From NCBI GenBank assembly GCA_938084565.1, contig CALKEU010000005.1, positions 5,715-69,714 of the forward strand: a stretch of DNA of 64,000 bases, given 5' to 3'. The notes beneath the pieces were generated by a model. That model had not been told where the DNA came from. It was given only the letters and a program-made list of their open reading frames with translations, and searched no databases. Source of the stretch: Candidatus Kapaibacterium sp. GTDB taxonomy: Bacteria; Bacteroidota; Ignavibacteria; Kapaibacteriales; HRBIN21. Below are positions 39,960-50,800 of this stretch, piece after piece. Both the position numbers and the translations under genes were made by a program. Position 1 is the first letter of the stretch. Each line of letters opens with the position of its first letter.

Positions 39960-40507
39960 AGCAGCCGAAGTCAAAGACGACAAAGCAGCGCTCCCGGAAA
40001 GAGACAGCAACGCCCCAGCCGTCTGCTCCCGAAGGAGCAGAGGCAGTCCAGGCGCAGCCTGCTGCACCACCCAAGGTGCGATACTCGGATGAGGAGCTGG
40101 AAATGTTCCGACAGATTATCCTGGCTGAGCGCCAGAAGACCATCGAGGAGCTCCGTCTGCTGCGAGAACGGCTGGAGGATCTGAATGCCTTCAACTACAT
40201 CGAGGAAGGCGGCATCTTTGCTCTTCATCCTGCCGAGCAGGGAGCCGAAGCGTGGGAGCGGGAGCGTACCTATGCGCAGATTCAACGTCTGATGGGCTAC
40301 CTGCAGAAGCTGGACGAAGCCCTCAAGCGGATTGAGGACAAGACCTACGGCATCTGCCGCAAGTGTGGCATTCTGATTGCTAAGGAGCGCCTGATGGCGG
40401 TGCCGATTACGACTCTTTCGGCCTCGTGGAAGATCCACCGTCGCTGTCCTGAAGACGGGATTGACCGCATCATCCCACTGCATCAGGCCAAAGCACTCCA
40501 GGAGTAG
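39932..40507 (+). CDS. DksA/TraR-family zinc-finger protein
   Basis: C4-type finger (CRKCGILIAKERL ... ) and a coiled-coil N-terminus. Sits in the conserved ileS/dksA-like/lspA arrangement. Confidence 0.65.
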   Translation: MATRKRGAVEQPKSKTTKQRSRKETATPQPSAPEGAEAVQAQPAAPPKVRYSDEELEMFRQIILAERQKTIEELRLLRERLEDLNAFNYIEEGGIFALHPAEQGAEAWERERTYAQIQRLMGYLQKLDEALKRIEDKTYGICRKCGILIAKERLMAVPITTLSASWKIHRRCPEDGIDRIIPLHQAKALQE

Positions 40508-40527
40508 GGGCAGAAGCGGAGGCTGGC

Positions 40528-41085
40528 GTGCGACGGGACTGGTTGCTGGTATTTACACTGGTTGGTGTGGACCAGCTGACGAAGCTGCTCGTCAAGGGAT
40601 TCCGTCTGGGGCCTCTGGTTCACCACGGGATGGCCCCAGGGGAGAGCATCCCCGTGCTGGGGGAGTGGCTACGCATTACGCTGGTGGAAAACCCTGGCAT
40701 CGCCTTCGGGGTCTCCGTCGGGGGAGCGAAGGTGCTCTTGACGCTCTTCTCGCTGGCCGTCAGTATTGCGTTGGGGTGGTATCTGCAGCGCCTCGGAGGG
40801 ATTCCATTTCGGGCACGGCTTGGTATTATCCTGCTCTTGGCCGGAGCAACGGGGAATTTGATTGACCGTGCCTTCTACGGAGTGCTCTACGGCGAGGCAG
40901 CCCTTTTGCACGGCAGTGTCGTCGATTTCATCGATGTCGATGTTCCGGACTTCGTGCTCTTTGGGCGTGTGTATGCACGATGGCCGGTCTTCAACGTAGC
41001 TGATGCCTGCATCACCCTTGGGGTCCTTGTGGCGCTAGTATTTCATCGATACCTCCCATCGGTGCGGCAGCTCCTGCGGCGGTGA
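40528..41085 (+). CDS. lspA: lipoprotein signal peptidase II
   Basis: MRRDWLLVFTLVGVDQLTKLLV..., FNVADACITLG motif, 4 TM helices. Confidence 0.8.
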   Translation: MRRDWLLVFTLVGVDQLTKLLVKGFRLGPLVHHGMAPGESIPVLGEWLRITLVENPGIAFGVSVGGAKVLLTLFSLAVSIALGWYLQRLGGIPFRARLGIILLLAGATGNLIDRAFYGVLYGEAALLHGSVVDFIDVDVPDFVLFGRVYARWPVFNVADACITLGVLVALVFHRYLPSVRQLLRR

Positions 41086-41104
41086 CGGGAAGCTGGCATT
41101 ACGT

Positions 41105-42442
41105 TTGCCAGCTTTAGGGCAGATGCGTGCGGTGGGAGACATGTGGCGCGGGATACTTTCTGTGGCATTGAGCACAGCTGTGGTATGGGGCCAAGCTCTG
41201 TCCATTGGGCGGAGTGATGGGGGGAGCGAACGCTTTCTGCTTGCAGGCGAGCGGGTGCGTCTAATGCTGGCGGTGACGCAAGGGAGTGTCTACGGAGCCG
41301 GGTGCCGCCTGCGGTACAGTCCGGCTCAGGTGGTGGTCGTATCGGGCTGGCGTGCGGGAAGTTTCCCCCCGGCTACGACGGTCGTGCTTCCAGGGATCGA
41401 TCAGCAGACGGGGGAGGGAGTTGTGGACGTTGCAGCGCTATCGACGGCGCAGCCCATTGGACAGCCTAGGTTGGCTGAAATAGAGTTCGTCATCGCACCT
41501 GAGGCGCCACATGGGGTGCTGGTCCGATTTCAGGTCACTCAAGGATGGGCGTTGCAGCAGGATAGTGTGGTGAGTGTGCCGAATGTCTCGGTCGATTTCC
41601 TCGTCCACGGATACGTTCAGGTCTGGCCGGGGGATGCCAATGATGATGGCAGTGTAGATGTGCGGGATGTCGCTGTTGTAGGGCTCTATGCGCATCGGGG
41701 TACTATGGGCTTTCGCCGGGTGCCAGCGAGCACGGAGTGGGCGCCGCAGCTGGCATTGGCATGGGAACAACCGGAGGCCACGCATGCGGATTGCGATGGG
41801 AATGGAGTCGTTGGAGTGCGGGATTTGGCCGTTGTGCTCCAAAACTACGGACGTCGTCGCGGTGAGCTATTGCCTCCTATTACCCCTCCTCCCGCTATAG
41901 AGCCGGCAGCAGGGCAGATCCTCTGCCAGTGGTGGATCCCAGAGGGGGCGGAACTCTTTGTCGGGGTGTTCTCCGCGTGCGCGGGGGAAACACTGCGAGA
42001 GCTCGCTCTCGGAGGTGAAGCGCCGGTGCAGGGAGTTGTCGTAGGGCTGGATTCCGTGGCGGTGGTTGCCGCCTATGTGCGAGGGTCGACAGTTTTGCGT
42101 CTGTTCGGGGAGGGAAAACTTTGCAACGGGGAAGTAGAGGTGCGCACGGTAGCAGGCACGTGGCAGAGTCTCGGAGAGATTCTGCATGCGGATGAGCCGC
42201 GGGAGGAAGAGCTACAGGTATGCACTGCGGACGGAGGATGGCTTTGCCTGAGAGGAAGTCGGGTGCGGCCTGGCTGGATGGTCCTCTATTCGCTCCTCGG
42301 GGCAGAAATTAGCCGTGTGTGGATACCTCCCGGGGAAGGGGAGTGGTGTATCCGAGTGCCGGCAGCTGGACCGATCCTCTTGCTCTACCGGACAGAGAAC
42401 GGGGTAGAGTGGCGTCGGTCTGTTGTGGTGCCGGGACACTAA
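41105..42442 (+). CDS. hypothetical secreted protein with two dockerin/EF-hand-like Ca-binding repeats and a probable T9SS CTD
   Basis: GDANDDGSVDVRDVAVV and DCDGNGVVGVRDLAVVLQNY (D-x-N/D-x-D-G-x-V...D). Signal peptide. C-terminal ...ILLLYRTENGVEWRRSVVVPGH. Confidence 0.45.
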   Translation: MPALGQMRAVGDMWRGILSVALSTAVVWGQALSIGRSDGGSERFLLAGERVRLMLAVTQGSVYGAGCRLRYSPAQVVVVSGWRAGSFPPATTVVLPGIDQQTGEGVVDVAALSTAQPIGQPRLAEIEFVIAPEAPHGVLVRFQVTQGWALQQDSVVSVPNVSVDFLVHGYVQVWPGDANDDGSVDVRDVAVVGLYAHRGTMGFRRVPASTEWAPQLALAWEQPEATHADCDGNGVVGVRDLAVVLQNYGRRRGELLPPITPPPAIEPAAGQILCQWWIPEGAELFVGVFSACAGETLRELALGGEAPVQGVVVGLDSVAVVAAYVRGSTVLRLFGEGKLCNGEVEVRTVAGTWQSLGEILHADEPREEELQVCTADGGWLCLRGSRVRPGWMVLYSLLGAEISRVWIPPGEGEWCIRVPAAGPILLLYRTENGVEWRRSVVVPGH

Positions 42443-42473
42443 CAGGGTTTAGCACAGCGGGGGCCGGAGGAGC

Positions 42474-42734
42474 ATGGTTGTGGAGCGGAGTGTGATTGTT
42501 CAACTGCCGATGGGGCTCCATGCCCGTCCGGCAGCGGAACTGGCTCGACTGGCATCGCAGTTTTCCGCCACTATCGAGCTCATTGGCAACGGGGGCACAG
42601 CGAATGCGAGGAGCGCACTCGAGCTGATTGGCTTGGCTTTAGAGGTAGGCAGTACGGTCGTCGTGCGGGCTATCGGTGAGGATGCCGCGGCAGCCGTTGA
42701 GCGCATTGCGGCATTCCTCCAGGGTGTGGGGTAG
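42474..42734 (+). CDS. ptsH: phosphocarrier protein HPr
   Basis: 86 aa, active-site His in MGLHARPAAEL. Confidence 0.8.
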   Translation: MVVERSVIVQLPMGLHARPAAELARLASQFSATIELIGNGGTANARSALELIGLALEVGSTVVVRAIGEDAAAAVERIAAFLQGVG

Positions 42735-42790
42735 AGGTGCAAATGGAGGCAAGCTCGTAATTTTCCGAGGGTTCGTCGGATAAGCCGGTA

Positions 42791-44536
42791 GTGGCAGTGG
42801 AGGGCTCATCGTCGAGTAGGCAGAGTCTGTCCCAGCCATTGTGGGAGCAGCCCCAGGGAGGCAGGGGCGTTGAGCGGTATCTGAGGGCTATTGCGGCATC
42901 GCCAGGGATTGCAGTGGGGAGAGTAGTTATCCTGTCGCCATTGGCGGGGGGAGTTTCACGACCGGAGGAGGCGCACGATGAGTGGCAGCGATATCAAGTA
43001 GCGGTAGAGACATTGCGGGCGGAGTGGGAGCAGGCGCGCCGCATTGCGGAAGCGGAAGCTCCAGGGGTTGTGCCGATTCTTGACAGCTATCTCCGGGTGC
43101 TCGATGAAGTGGTCGTAGGAGAGCGGATTCGTGAGGCGATAGCTGCTGGGACAACAGCCGAACGGGCTCTCCGACAGCTCTTCGAGCCGATCATTGGCCG
43201 CCTGCGCCGTTCGGCCGATATCCTGCTGCAGGATCGGGGAACGGAGTTGGAGCAGGTCTTGCAGCGTCTGCTGTCGGCACTGCAGCAGCAGCGCGTAGAG
43301 TATAGTCGTGTTGCCGGAGCTATTGTGGTAGCGACGGCCTTAACACCGTCGGAAGTTCTGCTGTTGCACCGGGCCGGGGTCTGCGGGATTGTGACAGCAG
43401 TCGGGGGCATTACATCGCATACGACCATCCTGGCCCGCAGCCTCCAATTGCCGGCAGTCATCGGATTGGGAAAGGCCGTCGGTGCTCTTGCCGAGGGTGA
43501 CTCCGTGATTGTGGATGGATATACAGGCGTTGTTGTGCTCCATCCCAGCCAAGAGACTCGTCGCCGCTATGAGCGGCACCGGGATAGTACGCAGTGGCGA
43601 CGGCGCATTCTGATGCGCTTTGCCTCTCTGCCGGCCCAGACAATCGATGGACGCCGCTACCGTTTGATGGCCAACATTGCATCGCTGCATGACCTTGAGG
43701 AGGCGCTCCTTGTCGGAGCTGAAGGGATAGGGCTGGTTCGGACGGAGCTGCTCGTAGTGCAGCTCGGACGCCTGCCCAGCGAGGAGGAGCAGCTCCAATG
43801 GTACCGGCACATTGCAGAGCGCTTCTCCCCTCGGCCTGTGGTCTTCCGCCTCTTCGATCTCGGGGGTGACAAGTACAATGATGGAGGCCCTCCGGAGCCC
43901 AATCCTGCTCTCGGCATGCGTGGGATCCGCTTCCTGCTGGCACGGCCGGAACTCCTCCGCCAGCAGCTGCGCGCTGTACTCCGTGCGGCTACCTGGCACA
44001 ATGTGCGCCTGCTGATCCCGATGGTGAGCACCGAGAGCGAAGTCCGGGCTGTGCGCCGGGAGCTCGAGATAGTTCGGCAACAGTTGCGGGATGCTGGAGA
44101 GCTCCATGGGGGTGAGATCCCAGTAGGGGTCATGGTGGAGACCCCCGCGGCAGCTCTGATTGCCGAACGGCTGGCCCCGCTGGCGGATTTCTTCAGTATC
44201 GGGAGCAACGATTTGACGCAGTACACGCTAGCTGTTGACCGAGCCTACGGAGCCGTAGCGGAGCTCTATGATCCCTTCCACCCAGCCGTGTGGCGTCTCA
44301 TCCTCCAGGTGGTTGAGGTAGCGCATCGCCGGGGCATCCCCGTCTGCTTCTGTGGGGAGATCACCGCCCACGCCCAGGCTACGGAGTGGCTCGTGGGACT
44401 CGGGGTAGAGGAGCTGAGCACGCTGCCGGCAGCTATTGTGGCGCTTAAGCATCGAATCCGTCGGTTGAGCTTCCAGCAGGCGCGGCATCATCTTCTGGAG
44501 AGACTCGCCTTCGGCGGTGGGGAGCCTACCAAATGA
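42791..44536 (+). CDS. ptsI: phosphoenolpyruvate-protein phosphotransferase (PTS Enzyme I)
   Basis: GGITSHTTILARSLQLPAV (phospho-His loop) and a PEP-utilising C-terminal domain. The true start may be a non-ATG codon downstream. Confidence 0.8.
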   Translation: MAVEGSSSSRQSLSQPLWEQPQGGRGVERYLRAIAASPGIAVGRVVILSPLAGGVSRPEEAHDEWQRYQVAVETLRAEWEQARRIAEAEAPGVVPILDSYLRVLDEVVVGERIREAIAAGTTAERALRQLFEPIIGRLRRSADILLQDRGTELEQVLQRLLSALQQQRVEYSRVAGAIVVATALTPSEVLLLHRAGVCGIVTAVGGITSHTTILARSLQLPAVIGLGKAVGALAEGDSVIVDGYTGVVVLHPSQETRRRYERHRDSTQWRRRILMRFASLPAQTIDGRRYRLMANIASLHDLEEALLVGAEGIGLVRTELLVVQLGRLPSEEEQLQWYRHIAERFSPRPVVFRLFDLGGDKYNDGGPPEPNPALGMRGIRFLLARPELLRQQLRAVLRAATWHNVRLLIPMVSTESEVRAVRRELEIVRQQLRDAGELHGGEIPVGVMVETPAAALIAERLAPLADFFSIGSNDLTQYTLAVDRAYGAVAELYDPFHPAVWRLILQVVEVAHRRGIPVCFCGEITAHAQATEWLVGLGVEELSTLPAAIVALKHRIRRLSFQQARHHLLERLAFGGGEPTK

Positions 44537-45704
44537 TACCTTCGGCTGCCTGCCAGGCAGTGCGGTAGGCCTCCTCAAGGCTGTTCCCGACAGCAGTAAC
44601 ATGTCCCATCTTGCGCCGAAGCCGGCTTTCCCGTTTGCCGTACAGGTGAATCCACGCCTTGCCGACCCGGAGCGCTGGCAGCACCGAGTCTGGGATTCCG
44701 CTCCCTGAGCGAACCCCGAGCAGATTGACCATCACTGCTGCCGGTACGAACATCTCGGGGGAACCGAGTGGGAGATTGCACACGGCGCGGATGGCGTTTT
44801 CGAATTGCGAAGTGTAACAGGCCTCGATTGTGTAATGCCCCGAGTTATGCGGACGGGGGGCAAGTTCGTTGAAGAAGAGCTGACCGTCGACATCGAGAAA
44901 GAGCTCAATGCCGAAGACCCCCACGCCCTCGATAGCCTCTACGCATGCGACAGCCAGCTCTTGTGCCTGCCGACGGAGCCGTTCGGGGATCGGAGCTGGT
45001 GCGTACACAATGCGGCAGACGTGATCTTCCTGTACAGTTTCAACGCACGGATAGACGGCCACTTCCCCATGCCGGTTGCGCGCAACGATGACGGCTAGCT
45101 CCTTCTGCAGGGGAACGAATCGTTCTACCAGAAGTCCCCCCGCGGGGAGGCGCTGCCGGAGTTCAGCCCATGCGTGTGGCAGCTGGTCAGCAGTGGCAAG
45201 CGTACGGTTACCGTAGCCGTCGTAGCCGAAGGTGCGCGTCTTCAAAACTAAGGGGAAGCCATGCTGCTGGGCGAAGGCGAGCACTTCCTCAGGGGTCTCT
45301 ACTCCTGCGAAGCTGGGCACTGGGATGCCGACAGCGGCTATCGTGTGTTTCTGCGTCAGCTTGTCGCGGACACGGCGCACTGTCTCCGGTGTTGGGTAGA
45401 CTGGCCGGTACTGGGCAATATAGTCGAGCACCTCAGGGCCGACAAACTCATTTTCCAGCGTAATGAGGTCGCTAGCACGGATGAAGGCAGCCAGCGTCTC
45501 GGGAGAGTTCCAGCCCTCGGGGAACTCAAGCTGAGTCATACGTCCGGCGGGGGAGTCGGCGCCGTGCTCAAGAATAGCAACGCGCAGCCCTAGGCGGTAG
45601 GCAGCCTGTGCGAGCATCTTTGCAAGCTGGCCCCCACCGATGATGCCGAGTGTGAGCTCGCGCGAGGCGTTGTACGGAGATGGCAGCATGGCCTCTGGGA
45701 TCAC
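44526..45704 (-). CDS. purK: N5-carboxyaminoimidazole ribonucleotide synthase
   Basis: ATP-grasp protein. LTLGIIGGGQLAKMLA N-terminus. 392 aa. Confidence 0.7.
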   Translation of the reverse strand: MIPEAMLPSPYNASRELTLGIIGGGQLAKMLAQAAYRLGLRVAILEHGADSPAGRMTQLEFPEGWNSPETLAAFIRASDLITLENEFVGPEVLDYIAQYRPVYPTPETVRRVRDKLTQKHTIAAVGIPVPSFAGVETPEEVLAFAQQHGFPLVLKTRTFGYDGYGNRTLATADQLPHAWAELRQRLPAGGLLVERFVPLQKELAVIVARNRHGEVAVYPCVETVQEDHVCRIVYAPAPIPERLRRQAQELAVACVEAIEGVGVFGIELFLDVDGQLFFNELAPRPHNSGHYTIEACYTSQFENAIRAVCNLPLGSPEMFVPAAVMVNLLGVRSGSGIPDSVLPALRVGKAWIHLYGKRESRLRRKMGHVTAVGNSLEEAYRTAWQAAEGIIW

Positions 45705-47200
45705 TCTTCCTCTTCGGTTCGACTCCGGAAGAGGGTGCCGAGCATGTCTTTATAGGTAGTGCTGCTGTCGAGCTCCTCTTTAGCGAGCTTGGAGTACTGA
45801 TGGAGGGCATCCAGGATGAACTCCATGGCTGTTCCGAGCTCGTAGGGGTTGTGCTCGTCGACGTGGAGATACTGGACGGCAAGACGGCGTAGGGTGGGGA
45901 CGCGCTCGAGCTCGGCCACAAAGGCCTCTGTGGGCATGGTGTCGTCGAGCGTAATTGTATTGCCAGCTTCGAACCAGCTGATGATCTCGGCATAGGGACT
46001 GGCATCGGAGCTGCTGGTGCCTTCGCGCCGGCGTGGGCGTGCCAGCGGGTCAGGGAAGTAGAGCGTGAAAGTCTCCCGTACGGCCCGTCCGATCAGGGCT
46101 TTGGCAACTTTGACCGGCCCCTCTTGCTCACCTTCGAAGACAAGCTCTACCTTGCCGGTAATGCCGGTGAGGGCTCGAGTGAAGTCCACGATGCGGGGGG
46201 CGATAACCCGTTCGCCCGTCAGCAGGGAGCGGCGCTCCGCATTCGAGACGAGCGCCTCCATTGTCGCAATACTGAGCCGGGCGGAGACTCCAGAGGTTTG
46301 GTCAATGAACTCGCTCTTGCGAGCCACGAAGGCGATATTCTCCACGATCTGTCGTAGGTACGTCGGAAGCACAAGATCCATGTCCGGCGTTCGGTGAATC
46401 CAGGCCTCCTGTGCAGTAATGGCCAGCGCATCCTCGAGTGTCCGCGGATAGTGTGTGAGGATCTGTGCTTGGATGCGGTCTTTGAGGGGGGTGATGATGG
46501 TGCCGCGGCGGGTGTAGTCCTCTGGGTTAGCCGTAAAGACCATGCAGATGTCCAGCGGGAGGCGGACTTTGAAGCCGCGGATTTGGATGTCGCGCTCCTG
46601 CAGGATGTTGAACAGACCTACTTGAATGCGGGGTTGCAAGTCGGGCAGCTCGTTGATGACGAAGATACCTCGGTTCGTTCGGGGAATGATACCGAAGTGG
46701 ATAGCTCCCTCGTGGGAGTAGTGGAGGCGCTGTGTTGCTGCCTTGATGGGGTCGATGTCGCCGATCAGATCGGCGATTGTGACATCTGGGGTGGCGAGCT
46801 TTTCGCCATAGCGTTCAGAACGGTGGATCCACTCCAGGGGGGTTTCATCACCCAGCTCGGCGATGAGGTCGACGGCGTACTTGGAGATGGGGGCAAAGGG
46901 ATTGTCATTGACCTCAGAGCCCGCAACGATAGGGGTGTACTCATCGAGGAGTTCAACGAGCATGCGGGCCAGGCGGGTTTTGGCTTGTCCGCGCAGGCCC
47001 AGCAGGATGATGTCATGCTTGGCCAGGATGGCGTTGACGAGCTGCGGGATGACGGTGTCGTCGAACCCAATGATTCCAGGGAAGAGCCGTTCACGGCGGC
47101 GGAGCTTCTCAATGAGATTGCGGCGCATCTCTTCCTTGACCGGCAGCACACGGTAGCCAGCCGCTTTCAGCTCGCCGAGCGTGCGAGCTTTAGGTCTCAT
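45701..47200 (-). CDS. MoxR/ChlI-clade AAA+ ATPase with C-terminal extension
   Basis: Walker A GLRGQAKTRLARML (MoxR-type GxPGxAKT). Walker B/sensor region VINELPDL. 499 aa. Confidence 0.55.
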   Translation of the reverse strand: MRPKARTLGELKAAGYRVLPVKEEMRRNLIEKLRRRERLFPGIIGFDDTVIPQLVNAILAKHDIILLGLRGQAKTRLARMLVELLDEYTPIVAGSEVNDNPFAPISKYAVDLIAELGDETPLEWIHRSERYGEKLATPDVTIADLIGDIDPIKAATQRLHYSHEGAIHFGIIPRTNRGIFVINELPDLQPRIQVGLFNILQERDIQIRGFKVRLPLDICMVFTANPEDYTRRGTIITPLKDRIQAQILTHYPRTLEDALAITAQEAWIHRTPDMDLVLPTYLRQIVENIAFVARKSEFIDQTSGVSARLSIATMEALVSNAERRSLLTGERVIAPRIVDFTRALTGITGKVELVFEGEQEGPVKVAKALIGRAVRETFTLYFPDPLARPRRREGTSSSDASPYAEIISWFEAGNTITLDDTMPTEAFVAELERVPTLRRLAVQYLHVDEHNPYELGTAMEFILDALHQYSKLAKEELDSSTTYKDMLGTLFRSRTEEEE

Positions 47201-47819
47201 GAGAGGGAGGCTGCTGGAAGAACAGACGCATGTAGGGACGCAGCAGACTTGCGACGTATTTTGCGAGGATGTCGAACTCCAGATTGACCCACGAACCTGT
47301 GCGCAGCCGCCCCAGCTGGGTGCGCTGGAGTGTGGTCGGAATGAGGGCTACCATGAAGGCATTGGCTCGGAGGCGAGCAATGGTGAGGCTGACTCCGTCG
47401 ACGCAGATGGACCCATGCAGCACGGCGTACGGGTGGAAGGCCGCAGGGAGTTCAATCCAGAGGTGATGTTCTCCCGAAGACCGTTCCACAGCTAGCACGC
47501 GGCTGACGCAGTCGACGTGCCCTTGGACGATGTGTCCATCGAAGCGTCCCGTGACCGGCAGCGCCCGTTCGAGATTAACCCAGGAGCCCGTGCGGAGCCG
47601 CCCGAGGGTGGTCTTGCGCAGTGTCTCCGGGATCACATCGACGGCAAACCGGCTCGGCTCGGCCTCTGCCACGGTCAGGCAGACTCCGTTGACAGCAATC
47701 GAAGAGCCGGGACGGAGTTCGGGGCCGAGCTCACCGGACTCAATCCAGAGGCGCTGCCCAGCGGCGCTCTTCTGGCGGTGGAGAAGTCGTACGCAGGTTT
47801 CGATGATGCCAGTAAACAT
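47190..47819 (-). CDS. ribE: riboflavin synthase
   Basis: MFTGIIE N-terminus. Internal duplication, with the RLRTGSWVNLE repeat occurring twice. Confidence 0.85.
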   Translation of the reverse strand: MFTGIIETCVRLLHRQKSAAGQRLWIESGELGPELRPGSSIAVNGVCLTVAEAEPSRFAVDVIPETLRKTTLGRLRTGSWVNLERALPVTGRFDGHIVQGHVDCVSRVLAVERSSGEHHLWIELPAAFHPYAVLHGSICVDGVSLTIARLRANAFMVALIPTTLQRTQLGRLRTGSWVNLEFDILAKYVASLLRPYMRLFFQQPPSHET

Positions 47820-50800
47820 GGCCGCACGAGTGTCCCCGGAAAAGTTGCAATTTCGCCCTGCAAAAGTAGGCCGACGGAGTCAACAGGTGGCCTATCTCCT
47901 CTTCAATCCAGCAGCTTCCGCACGGTGGCGGCCGCCGCAGTGTGTGCTGCAAGGAGATAACCGCTTCCGAGTGGAGCAGCTCCTGCGGGAGGCTGCGGCT
48001 GAGGATGCGCCCGAACGCCTGATTGCTCTCGTGCCGACGGAGCGTCGCGTACGTTGGCTGAAGCGACAATTCTTCCGGTGGGTTGCCCATTTCCATCAGG
48101 GCAAAGCTGCCCCAGAGCCCTTTCTCTTTACGCTGGCGGGCTTTCTCTGGAACTGCTTCGGACGGCTCTTCCCGCCGGGGCGATATATTCTCCTTTCGGA
48201 TGCCCATCGGCTGATGCTCTACGATGAGGCAGCCTCCCGAGCACCTTTGCGCTTCTATCGCCGTGGCAATGCAGCACTGCCACCGGCATTGCTTGAACAG
48301 CTGGCGCAGCTCATCGACGGTCTGCGGCGTGATGGGATTACAGCGGCAGTTCTTGCCGAAAGGCTCGCCGAGGCTCAACACCGAGGGGATCCGACCGTCG
48401 ATGGAGCACGGTTACACGACGTCGTGGCTCTAGCTCGAGAGTATGAGGCTCTGCTGGGCGAGGAGCTCGTCGATGAACCTCGGGGGTGGGCATTGGTCAG
48501 CCGGGCCTTAGCTGAGGGCGGCAGCCGTGCACTACAGCGGCTCTTTCCGGGGGCGGAACTGCTCGTCGTGGAGGGCTTCTCCGATTTCCGAGCTCCAGAG
48601 CTGGCCTTTCTGCAGGTGCTGGCCCAGCAGGAATTGCCCGTAGTGATTGCCGTTGACTATTCGCCGGACAATGGCCCTCTATTTGGCAATTTCCAGGAGC
48701 TCGTTGAGCACCTCCGGCAGGCTGGCTATGCGGCCTACTCCACCGATCCGATAGTGCTCATGAACGAGCAGACGCCTTCGGAGCAGCGAGTGTTTTGGCC
48801 TCTGGGGGCTTATCTGCGCCGTTGGCTCTTCAATACGGAGCGGGAGATTCGCCATCCGGGGCTGTCGCCGATGGTGACCATTGTGGAATGCCGCGATCGG
48901 GAGCAGGAAGTGCTCCTCATCGCCCGTTTGGTCAAGGATTTGCTCTGTCGGCAGGGCTACCAACCTCACGAGATTGCCGTCGTGATGCGGCAGCCGGAAC
49001 GCTATTCGGCGCTGTTCCGGGAAATTTTTGCCCTCTACGGTATCCCGGCCAATGTAACAGATCGTTTCTGGCTTGTGCAGTCGCCGGTCGCTGTGGCTGT
49101 GTTGAGCTTGTTAGGGCTGCCGCTCAACGGCTTTCGGCGGCTTGAGCTAGAGCGGCTGGTCTATAACCCGTACGTACGTTTGCTCAGAGCCGATGGGCGC
49201 CCCATCGATGGGGTGAATCTCCTCACCGTTGCCATGCGGCGCCGTATCCTCGGAGGCCATCGCTGTGGGGGTGCCGATGGCTGGCGCCGCCAGTTGACCA
49301 ATGCCTGTACCTTTCTGGAGCGTCAGCTGGAGTTAGTCAGGGCTGATCCTTACAGCGATCCGCTCGAGCGCGAGCAGCTCGAGCGCGAGCTGGAAGCCTG
49401 TCAGCGTGCATTGGACGACTTTTGTTCCCTCTCGGAGCGCCTGGCGTGGGAGCGCTACCTCTACACACCGGCGGAGTTTCTGCAGCTCCTCACGCGGGAA
49501 ATTCTGGTGGGGATGGGAATCTACGAGGCCGTCGTGGCAGCCTACAGGCAGCTGCGCCAACAGCCCTGGCGCAGCGATGCCGAATGGCTGACCGTGGTCG
49601 AGCGCATTGAACGGGATGCTCGTGCGTTGACGCGGCTCAGTGAGCTGGCCGATGAAATCGTCACACTCCTCCAGCGCCGGTGGGGCGGGGAGGCTCGGCC
49701 GTTGGCCGACTACGTTGAACGCTTCACAGCAGCTCTGCGTGGGGAACGCTATCAGGTGCGTGAAAAGCCCGGCGCTGGAGTGACGGTGACCTCGATTGAG
49801 CAGACACGTGGTATCCCCTTCCGTGTGCTCATCCTCTGCGGGGCTGTCGACGGCGAATTCCCTCTGCCGTACCGTACCGAACACCTGCTCGGCTATGCTC
49901 TGCCACAAGCCGAAGATCGCCATCGGCGTGCAGAGCGCATGCTCTTCTACCACTTCTTGACCAACGATTCGGAAGCCCTGGAGCGGCAGGACCTGCGCTT
50001 CTACATCACGTATCCGACGCTGCAGGAAGGCGAGCAGCTCGTGCGCTCCCCCTTCGTGGACGAGCTCCTGAAGGTGACATCCCTGGAAAGCGATGGCTGT
50101 GTCATCAATGCTCCAAAGGTACTGCGCTGGCTTCAGGGGCAAGAGGTGGAGGGCGAGGCAGCAGACCTCGAACGCCAGTATAGCCGAGCGCCATGGTTGG
50201 CCGTCCAAGGGACCGTGACGGAGTGGAAGGCTGTAACGTGGGCCGAGCCGGAGGAGCAGCAGACCCCACAGCATTCCGGGCAACAGACGCCCCAAAAGGT
50301 GGAGCCCCTTCAGGAATTCATTGGGCGGTATTTCTCTGCCTCGGAGTTGGAGCTGTATCGACGCTGTCCGTATCGCTACTTTGCCACCCATATACTGCGG
50401 CTCCGTCCGTTGGAGAGAGCTCCGTTGGAACTCTCGCCCCTGGAGCGAGGCCTTCTGTTGCACCGCATCGTCTATCGCTTTCTCCGGGAGCTTCAGCAGC
50501 GTGGCCAGCTCATTGCACGCCCTCTTCGAGGTGAGCTCCCCCCATTGCAGACTGCCCCGCTCGACGGGGAGCTGTCCGAGCTCTACGAGCGCTTGCGGGA
50601 GATTGCTCGTGAGGAGCTGCAGCACGTGCGTTTCGAGCACCCGTGGTTTCGCCTGGAAGCCGAACAACTTCTAGGAACCGATGAGCAACCGGGAATACTG
50701 CAGTACTGGCTCAACAGTGAGTATGATCGTCGGCGGAATCGACCGGAGTTTGAACCTGTCGCCTTTGAGTTTGGCTTCGGTATGCACCCGACGATGGCCG

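Noticed and set aside
45705-45725. tRNA-like T-arm motif GGTTCGACTCC
   Set aside because: It sits inside the 3' end of the AAA+ ATPase coding sequence (encodes ...RSRTEEE) with no acceptor or anticodon stem context. A similar GGTTCGATTCC at about 59040 is inside the 997-aa ORF.
47530-47817. 5' extension of the AddB-like ORF as given in the track
   Set aside because: It overlaps about 290 nt of the well-supported ribE gene on the opposite strand, and the translated extension has no conserved features. The start was moved to 47818 or a downstream GTG.
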